NCBI GenBank assembly: GCA_040771865.1
Contig: JAXGZF010000009.1
Span: forward strand, 62,001 to 126,000
Length of the DNA stretch: 64,000 nt
Direction of reading: 5' to 3'
Source of the DNA: Desulfobacterales bacterium
GTDB lineage: Bacteria > Desulfobacterota > Desulfobacteria > Desulfobacterales > UBA2245
Below, one piece after another: positions 56,800 through 64,000 of the stretch (the stretch's first letter is position 1; each line of letters begins with the position of its first letter). The notes under the pieces were generated by a model that saw only the letters and a list, made by a program, of their open reading frames with translations, made no database searches and was not told the DNA's origin. The position numbers and the translations under genes are program-made.

Positions 56800-58584
56800 A
56801 TGAATCAGCCTCACCCTGTTCCGTCGTTCATTCCCGCCACCCTGAAGGAGATGGATCTTCTTGGATGGAAGGCCTTGGACGTGATCCTGGTCACCGGGGA
56901 TGCCTACATCGACGCGCCCCAAATCGGAGTTGCGGTCATCGGCAAGGCGCTGTTGCATGCGGGCTGGCGCGTGGGCATTATCTCCCAGCCCGATGTCTCC
57001 AGCAGCGTGGATATTGCCAGGCTGGGAGAACCCGAACTTTTCTGGGGCGTCACATCCGGCTGCGTGGACTCGATGATCGCCAACTACACGGCTTCGGGAA
57101 AACGCCGGAAAAAAGACGACCTGACCCCCGGCGGATTGAACGACAGAAGGCCGGACCGGGCTGTGATCGTCTACAGCAATCTGATCCGCCGGTATTTCAA
57201 AAAGACCAAACCCCTTGTTCTGGGCGGAATCGAAGCCAGCCTGAGACGCATATCGCATTACGACGCCTGGTCCGACTCGGTGAGAAGATCCGTTCTCTTT
57301 GACGCGAAAGCCGATTTTCTGGCCTATGGAATGGCCGAGCAGAGCATCCTCGAACTTGCCCAAAAACTGCGCCATGGGCAGGAAACCCATTCGATTCGGG
57401 GAATCTGTTATATCAGTCCGAATATGCCGCCGGAAAATCCGGAATTTCCCGGACCGGACATTTTTCTTCCGGATCATGCCGCCGCTGCGGAAAACAGGGA
57501 CGCTTTCGCGCGCATGTTCACGGAATTTTACCGGAATGCCGACCCCGTAACCGGAAGGCGGCTCATTCAGAAGCAGGACGCCCGGTATCTGGTTCAGAAC
57601 CCTCCCTGCCCCACGCCTTTGCCCGAAGCGCTTGACCGGGTTTACGAGCTGCCCTATGCGCGGAATGTGCACCCCCTTCACAAAGAGCAGGGACGCGTGA
57701 CCGCGCTGGACACCATCGCCTTTTCGATCACAACCCACCGGGGCTGCTACGGCGAGTGCCGGTTCTGCGCCATTGCGGTTCATCAGGGTCGAGATGTGGT
57801 CTCGCGCAGCGAGGAATCCGTTCTCCGCGAAGCCGCCGCCCTGACAAAGCATCGGAATTTTAAAGGAATCATATCGGACCTGGGAGGACCCACGGCCAAC
57901 ATGTATGGAATCGAATGCGACCGGAAAAGAATCAGAGGCGCATGCCGGGACAGAAGCTGCCTCTTTCCCGAACCGTGCCCCGGTCTGCCCGTGCATCACG
58001 GACGTCAGATCGCGCTGTTAAAAGCCATTCGCAACCTGCCCGGAATCCGGAAGGTCTTTGTGGGATCGGGCATACGATATGATTTGATTCTTCGGGACCG
58101 GTCCGCCGGCGCGCGGTATCTGGAAGAAATTCTGCGGCACCATGTTTCCGGACAGCTCAAGATCGCCCCCGAACACGTTCAAGAGCCGGTCCTTGCCCTG
58201 ATGGGAAAACCCGGCCGCAAACGCCTCGAGGAGTTCATAACCCTGTTTGAGAAGCAGAACCGGAAATGCGAGCAAAAGACCTTTCTCACCTATTATCTGA
58301 TGGCCGCCCATCCCGGATGCACCTTCGAAGACATGAAGAAGCTCAGGGAGTTTGCCGTCCGCAGCCTCCGCCTGCTGCCCGAACAGATACAGATCTTTAC
58401 GCCCTCGCCTTCCACCTTTTCCACCCTGATGTACCATACAGGGCGGGACCCGTTTTCGGGCCGGGAAATCTTTGTGGAAAAAACAGCGGCCGGAAAGGAG
58501 AAGCAAAAAGCCGTCATGCGGCGACCGGCCGTTGGAACCAGACGGATTTCTCACGACAAACGGTCGCGGAAGGAAAGGTGCTGA
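56800..58584 (+). CDS. YgiQ-family radical SAM protein
   Basis: DVILVTGDAYID, DSMIANYT, GGIEASLRR..HYD.W, HRGCYGECRFC, DLGGPTANMY, LKIAPEH, AHPG. Confidence 0.92.
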   Translation: MNQPHPVPSFIPATLKEMDLLGWKALDVILVTGDAYIDAPQIGVAVIGKALLHAGWRVGIISQPDVSSSVDIARLGEPELFWGVTSGCVDSMIANYTASGKRRKKDDLTPGGLNDRRPDRAVIVYSNLIRRYFKKTKPLVLGGIEASLRRISHYDAWSDSVRRSVLFDAKADFLAYGMAEQSILELAQKLRHGQETHSIRGICYISPNMPPENPEFPGPDIFLPDHAAAAENRDAFARMFTEFYRNADPVTGRRLIQKQDARYLVQNPPCPTPLPEALDRVYELPYARNVHPLHKEQGRVTALDTIAFSITTHRGCYGECRFCAIAVHQGRDVVSRSEESVLREAAALTKHRNFKGIISDLGGPTANMYGIECDRKRIRGACRDRSCLFPEPCPGLPVHHGRQIALLKAIRNLPGIRKVFVGSGIRYDLILRDRSAGARYLEEILRHHVSGQLKIAPEHVQEPVLALMGKPGRKRLEEFITLFEKQNRKCEQKTFLTYYLMAAHPGCTFEDMKKLREFAVRSLRLLPEQIQIFTPSPSTFSTLMYHTGRDPFSGREIFVEKTAAGKEKQKAVMRRPAVGTRRISHDKRSRKERC

Positions 58585-58585
58585 T

Positions 58586-60319
58586 ATGATGGTTTTCATG
58601 CGCCATTCGATAAAAATCGGCTTATTCCTTCTGACTTTGCTGCACCTGGCTTGGCCCTGTCTTTCGGCTGAGGTGAAAGCGGTCGAAAATGCCGTGCTGA
58701 TGCTCTCCGGAAACATTCACGATGCCGACAAAGAGGGAATCGCGGGAGCATCCGTGTACCTCGTCGTCAACAGCTCCGAAGGAACCGTACGGAAAACATT
58801 ACATACCGACCATTCCGGACATTTTGCATTCGAAATCCGGCTTTCAACCGATGCGATGACCTCAGCGCAGGTAAAAATCAAGGCTGAGAAGTCGCTGTAC
58901 GCCCCTTCCGGTTTGATTGCCCTTAAACCGGTGAAGGCCGAAATTCAGAATAATGGAAGGGTGTTTTATCTGGCTCGCGCCGATATCACCCTTCAGCGGG
59001 CGGCTTCTCCAGCCCGCTGGATTGCCGCCGCAATCCTGGCGGTAGTGTTCGCGCTGATCGCTTTTGACCTGATGCACCGCACGCTTGCGGTTCTTCTGGG
59101 CGCAACGGCGCTGCTGGGAATCACATACCTTCCGGGCGCTTTTTTTCCGGAGCTCAGGATCATCTCATTCGAGGATGCGGTTCAGGCCGTTGATATGAAT
59201 GTGATCCTGCTCCTGATGTCCATGATGATCATCGTAGGCGTCATTCGAAAAACCGGAATTTTTCAATGGCTGGCATCCAAATGCTACCATATTTCCGGAG
59301 GCCGGGGGCCTCTGCTGATCACGGTTCTGATGGGGGCGACGGCGGTTGCCTCGGCTTTTCTGGACAACGTGACCACCATGCTCCTGATCATTCCGGTCAC
59401 CATGCAAATCGCCGCTGCCCTGAAAATCAAACCCATCAAACTTCTGCTTCCGGAGGTTTTTGCATCCAATGTGGGAGGAACGGCCACACTGATCGGAGAT
59501 CCGCCCAACATGATGATCGGCTCATATGCCGGGCTGACATTTCTGGATTTTATTCGGCATCTTTCCGTGTTTTGCCTGCTGATCCTCGTGTTGAGCATGG
59601 TCTATTTCATCTTCCGTTTTCATTTCAGATCCGCCCTGGAAAAGCAGCGCAAAGGCAGAAAACCGCCAAAAGCCCTGGACCGGACTTATCCGATTGCCGA
59701 TTCGAGGCTGCTGATTCTGTCGCTGAGCTTTCTGGGCCTGACCATCGTACTATTCACCCTGCACAGCGCGCTGAACATGGCCCCGTGCATCGCGGCCCTG
59801 ATCGGCGCCACCTCGCTTTTGATCACAAGCCGCGTGGACATCGTTGAATTGATCGAAAAAGAGATCGACTGGCCGACGCTGATCTTTTTTATGATGCTGT
59901 TTATTATCGTCGCCGCCGCCGAGCAAAGCGGACTGATTCAGGGGATATCCGCCTGGGTCAGAACCATGTCCAGAGGGTCCATAAATGCGGCCATTCTCAT
60001 GGTCCTGTGGTTTTCCGCACTGTCCTCGTGCCTGATCGGCAATATTCCGGCGACCGCCACCCTGCTGCCGGTGGTAGACCACCTGACCCGAACCATTCCC
60101 GGAACCCAGGACGGCATTTTGTGGTGGGCGCTGGCGCTGGGCGCCTGCCTCGGAGGAAACGGCACGCTGATCGGCGCCGGCGCCAATGTGGTCACAGCCG
60201 GCATGGCCGAACATCATGGGTGCGAAATATCCTTCATGGATTACTTTAAGGTTTGCTTCCTTCCCATGATAATTACGATCGCAGCGTCTTCGGTCTGGCT
60301 TCTTTTTGTTGCGGATTGA
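58586..60319 (+). CDS. ArsB/NhaD (P-protein-like) ion transporter with N-terminal periplasmic beta-sandwich domain, paralog 1
   Basis: DMNVILLL, SAFLDNVTT, ASNVGGTATLIGDPPN, IDWPTL, LGACLGGNGTLIGA.AN. Start at ATG 58586. Confidence 0.88.
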   Translation: MMVFMRHSIKIGLFLLTLLHLAWPCLSAEVKAVENAVLMLSGNIHDADKEGIAGASVYLVVNSSEGTVRKTLHTDHSGHFAFEIRLSTDAMTSAQVKIKAEKSLYAPSGLIALKPVKAEIQNNGRVFYLARADITLQRAASPARWIAAAILAVVFALIAFDLMHRTLAVLLGATALLGITYLPGAFFPELRIISFEDAVQAVDMNVILLLMSMMIIVGVIRKTGIFQWLASKCYHISGGRGPLLITVLMGATAVASAFLDNVTTMLLIIPVTMQIAAALKIKPIKLLLPEVFASNVGGTATLIGDPPNMMIGSYAGLTFLDFIRHLSVFCLLILVLSMVYFIFRFHFRSALEKQRKGRKPPKALDRTYPIADSRLLILSLSFLGLTIVLFTLHSALNMAPCIAALIGATSLLITSRVDIVELIEKEIDWPTLIFFMMLFIIVAAAEQSGLIQGISAWVRTMSRGSINAAILMVLWFSALSSCLIGNIPATATLLPVVDHLTRTIPGTQDGILWWALALGACLGGNGTLIGAGANVVTAGMAEHHGCEISFMDYFKVCFLPMIITIAASSVWLLFVAD

Positions 60320-60421
60320 TCCGTCGTTCTGGTTTTTGTAAAATGCCCTGACAGGCAGATTGAAAGCGTGTTCGCCGGTCGATCGAACAGTAAATGCGTC
60401 TTAACTTTCAAATTCCGGTGC

Positions 60422-60471
60422 AAAAAGATGACGCCGGCCCGGGCATCTCGCACAATGCCCGAACCGGCGTC
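60422..60471 (-). terminator. Hairpin terminator between the convergent transporter genes
   Basis: GACGCCGG..CGGGCAT / ATGCCCG..CCGGCGTC stem, with AAAAAG on its left (U-tract on minus). Confidence 0.65.
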
Positions 60472-60530
60472 TTCGCGGCTTCACATGAAGCGCTTCGGCA
60501 GAATGCCGTCCGTTAAGCCAGATCCGCGGC

Positions 60531-62273
60531 TCAGGACGGCCGGACAATCATCAGCCAGATATGCGCAATAATCACGCTGATGATCATATAGGGAAAGGCA
60601 ACCTTCAGGAAGCCTCCGAAAGAAATCTTGTATCCTCTGGACTCGGCGATTCCCATGGTGACCACATTGGCGGAAGCGCCGATAATGGTGCCGTTGCCGC
60701 CAAAGCAGGCGCCCAGCGCCAGCGCCCACCACAGCGTGTTTTCAGCGCCCGGAATTACCTGGCTCAGGTAGGCCACGATGGGCAGCATGGTGGCGGTGAA
60801 CGGAATGTTGTCCACAAACGCGGAGACAAGGGCGGCGACCCACAGAATCAGCGCGCAGGCCACCACAAAATTACCGGCCGCAAGCTTCTGAATCCAGTCG
60901 GCGATCAGGGCCAGCAGTCCGGAGGATTCAACCGCGCCGACAAGAATGAACAGGAAGATGAAAAACATCAGGGTGGGCCACTCGATATCCTTCTCGATCA
61001 ACTCCAGCAGATCGACCTTTTTACCCAGCACCGCGATGGTCAGCAGCACCGCCGCTCCGGTCAGTGCGGCGATGCTGACTTCCATGTGCCAGTAACCGTG
61101 GCTGAGAAACAGGAAAACAACGACGATCAGAACGGCAATCCCATGTTTGAGCAGGGCAGGATCCTTGATTCTGTATTTCGCCTGCAGTTCCTTGATGTAT
61201 TCCGGCACATTGTCCACCCTGGCCTTCGCATACTCTTTTCCCCAGACCGACTTGGCATAGACCGCGAGGGCAACCATGCACAGCACGCAGATCATTCCGA
61301 GGGCGATCACGAAATCCATGAAGGTCAGACCGGCATAGGAACCGATCATGATATTGGGCGGGTCGCCGATCAGCGTTGAGGTGCCGCCGATATTGGATGC
61401 CAGGACCAGCGGGATGAGCATGGAAAGCGGGTTGATGGCCAGGGACGTGCAGATTTCTATCGCGACGCCGGTTAAAAGCAGCATCGTGGTCACATTGTCC
61501 AGAAAGGCCGAAGCCACGCCGGTAAAGATCATCAGATAAACCGAAAGCAGAAACACCTTTCCCCCGGCCAGCTTGTAGGACATGTATGCGCACCACTGAA
61601 ATACGCCGGTGTGCTTCAGAATGCCGACGATGATCATCATGCCCATGAGCAGAAAGATCACGTTCATATCGATGGACAGGATCGCGCGTTCAAAGGAAAA
61701 TATATGATACTCCGGATTCAGCACGCCGACGGTATAGGAAATCACCATCATCAGGCCCGCGCCCAGCATGGCGGCGATGGTTCGATGGAGCAGTTCGAAG
61801 GTGATCAGGGCATAGGCGAGAATGAATACCAGCGTGGAAATCCAGAACGCCGGCCCCAGAGTGCGGCTCAGAGTAATATCCTGAGTGAAATACAGCTGGT
61901 TTCCGGCCCGCGCCAGCTGAGCGCCTTCGATCTGTGACTCCTGTGCCTTGAAGCTCGCCTTGCGCGCTTCAAGAAGAATTTTTGCGGCAGAGACCGCGCC
62001 TTTTTCCAGGGTGAACCGGGAAAGATATTTTCCATCATGGCCCGTCTCAAACTCGTCGACCACCTTTCCATCCACGGTCAGTCGCAGTTCGGCTTCGGCG
62101 ATCGGTTCGTTGTGGGTATCCACGATTGAGCCCGAAATGGAAACCCGATCCCCGTCAAGAATCATTTCCCCGGTATTCGCGCCTTTTCCGCCGTGCGAGG
62201 CCCATGCAAGGGGAGCGAGCATCAACAGGGCCAATATGAATGTAATGATTTTCATGGATCGCATATGGTACAT
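60531..62273 (-). CDS. ArsB/NhaD (P-protein-like) ion transporter with N-terminal periplasmic domain, paralog 2
   Basis: Same motifs (SAFLDNVTT, LIGDPPN, DNIP, GGNGTIIGASAN). Start at 62273 after AGGAG. Confidence 0.9.
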   Translation of the reverse strand: MYHMRSMKIITFILALLMLAPLAWASHGGKGANTGEMILDGDRVSISGSIVDTHNEPIAEAELRLTVDGKVVDEFETGHDGKYLSRFTLEKGAVSAAKILLEARKASFKAQESQIEGAQLARAGNQLYFTQDITLSRTLGPAFWISTLVFILAYALITFELLHRTIAAMLGAGLMMVISYTVGVLNPEYHIFSFERAILSIDMNVIFLLMGMMIIVGILKHTGVFQWCAYMSYKLAGGKVFLLSVYLMIFTGVASAFLDNVTTMLLLTGVAIEICTSLAINPLSMLIPLVLASNIGGTSTLIGDPPNIMIGSYAGLTFMDFVIALGMICVLCMVALAVYAKSVWGKEYAKARVDNVPEYIKELQAKYRIKDPALLKHGIAVLIVVVFLFLSHGYWHMEVSIAALTGAAVLLTIAVLGKKVDLLELIEKDIEWPTLMFFIFLFILVGAVESSGLLALIADWIQKLAAGNFVVACALILWVAALVSAFVDNIPFTATMLPIVAYLSQVIPGAENTLWWALALGACFGGNGTIIGASANVVTMGIAESRGYKISFGGFLKVAFPYMIISVIIAHIWLMIVRPS

Positions 62274-63436
62274 AAGAACAACTCTCCTGTGCTTCAATTT
62301 TGATTGACGCTGGTTTTGCACATACACGATCGATTGCAACGCACTGGTAAGGACCCTCGCTCCGCACCCGACGTCTGATGCAAAACCTCCTCAAAACAAA
62401 CTCGTATCTATTTAAATATATTGATTTTAACATGACATATCAGTTGTGGTCTGGCATCAGACAATTCAAGAAAGGTCTTGATTGATCTGCTCAGGTCGCA
62501 CCGAAGCTCTATTCCACCCCCCTCCGACGCAGAAAAAAGATTTCATCGTTAAACATGAATTTCTGAAAGGAAAAGAATCGGAAGAAGCCCTGAGTCAACG
62601 CGCAGGCGTGGCCGCAAAAATGCACCATAACATTTCAAAATAAATAAACATTTTGAAACCTTATCTACATTTTAATTTGTCTGGTACTGCGTCTGCTGCT
62701 TTTCAACGCCAGAGGCGCCGGCGGAGTTTTCTGACTGACCTGTAGTTGATCATTCGAATCATCCGACTTTGGCGGGCAAACTCTGATGGTAAGGAAAATA
62801 TTGCCATGGAGTTTTTGAAAATGTATAAGCCATCAAATTTCATCGAAAAGCCTAACACCCTCAAAAAAATGGGGGGAGAGCTTTGGGTGAATTTTACATG
62901 CAAATCCTGCCAAAGCGATTGCGCTCAGCCAAGGTTCAGAAACCGTCGGTTTCATCTTCCAAAACTAAACCGGATCACTTTTAGATCCGCCCCATGTCTT
63001 TGTCAAGAAGAATTTTTATGCCTTTATTTTTTCCAACATGCCGTTATATTTATATTTTATTTCTTAATCTCACAAAGAGAATAAATATCATGGATAAATT
63101 TTACAATGGTTCCAAATGTGGCTGTTCATGCCCGGCAGCCTGATTCGCGTGATGGGAAAAAGATGCGCGGGATGAGTCAGCCTGACGAAACCCGCAAATT
63201 CAAGTCGATGATCCGACGTTTTCATTAAAGTTTTTGCTTTTTCTGCCGATTAATAAAAACAGAAACACTTCCGTCATTTTTTGAATTTGTGCCAAAACGG
63301 CATGATTCGGCGCTTTCAGCGCTTCCGTGTGTTCGATGTCCCTGCTTGTATTGCGCCGGAACTCCGGCCAGAAATTCTAAAGCCGGCGATTGTTTCATGG
63401 CCGGGCATCAGCGCTTGAATACCGGGAGAACGTCCG

Positions 63437-64000
63437 ATGTCTCTAAAATTGAAAACCATCATCGCCTTTTTGTGCGTATTTATTGCGTTTGCGGCCGCGA
63501 ATCTTCTGGTCTACCGCATGATCATATTTCCAAAATTCGTGGAGCTGGAAAACGAAGAGATACAGAAAGACGCCCAGCGCGCGATCCATGCAATCCACCG
63601 CGAGATCGAGCATCTGGATCAAATCTGTCATGACTGGTCCGCCTGGGACGATACCCACGCTTTCGCCGAAACCCGCGCAGAGGACTATATCAACGACAAT
63701 TTTCCGGAGAATCTTTATGAGGACCTCCGGCTCAATCTGGTCTGCATCTTCGACAAGGAAGGGCGGCTCCTCTTCGGTCAGCACCGGAAAGCGGGGAGTT
63801 ACGAGCCTTTCGAAACCCCGATTTCGGATAATTGGCCGGTTAAACTGGACGATTTTTCGCTGGTTTCTCAAGCTGAAACCCGCGCCTTCGGAGACATCAA
63901 GATTACCGGAATTTACATAACCGATCAGGGTCCCATGATCGTTGCCTCCCGTCCGATCCTCAGCAGCATGAATCAGGGTCCGATCAACGGCACGCTGATC
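63437..64000 (+). CDS. CHASE4-domain membrane sensor (kinase or cyclase; 3' end off the window)
   Basis: Read by hand: MSLKLKTIIAFLCVFIAFAAANLL...DWSAWDDT...DYINDN...GPMIVASRPILSS...GPINGTLI; GGGAG RBS. Confidence 0.85.
   Translation, partial: MSLKLKTIIAFLCVFIAFAAANLLVYRMIIFPKFVELENEEIQKDAQRAIHAIHREIEHLDQICHDWSAWDDTHAFAETRAEDYINDNFPENLYEDLRLNLVCIFDKEGRLLFGQHRKAGSYEPFETPISDNWPVKLDDFSLVSQAETRAFGDIKITGIYITDQGPMIVASRPILSSMNQGPINGTLI

Noticed and set aside
56150..56803. ORFs reading through MITE copies (also the N-terminus of 24723-25121 and 36508-36777)
   Set aside because: They are open frames created by MITE sequence or overlap real genes; there is no independent coding evidence.
62770..62810. 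GGGCAAAC as the start of a c-di-GMP-I riboswitch
   Set aside because: No GNRA-capped P2 or GACGCAAAG segment follows.
63167..63195. Hammerhead-like GATGA-GTCA-GCC-TGAC-GAAAC
   Set aside because: It has stem II and GAAA but lacks the C3-U4 of CUGANGA and has no stems I/III or cleavage triplet; it folds as a simple hairpin.

Overview
A 64-kb window of moderately GC-rich bacterial chromosome. Gene content points to an anaerobic, sulfate-reducer-like deltaproteobacterium (Desulfobacterales-like; this is inference). Most of it is housekeeping or ancillary: a ThiW ECF transporter operon, an orphan ParA with a partner gene, several PAS sensor kinases, a class III aminotransferase/ALDH7 pair, Xaa-Pro peptidase, xerD, queC, xth/nth/rubrerythrin/Nudix, two CNNM proteins, a YgiQ radical SAM protein and two convergent ArsB/NhaD-type transporters. 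The most notable items are: (i) a pfaD-pfaA PUFA-synthase-like PKS pair with a single ACP and no pfaB/C in the window; (ii) three copies plus one fragment of a ~143-bp fold-back MITE with CAGGCTGTTGAAAAA-type ends; (iii) a leader upstream of thiW that looks like a decayed TPP riboswitch; (iv) a DUF1998 helicase fused to an RNase H-like exonuclease (MrfA-MrfB-like); (v) a two-domain CDP-alcohol phosphotransferase; (vi) a signal-peptide-bearing Sm/Hfq-like small protein and a 1345-aa membrane protein of unknown function; and (vii) several candidate structured leaders and operators. I saw no CRISPR array, rRNA, tRNA, prophage or autonomous transposase. All assignments come from motif recognition by eye; no searches were run.
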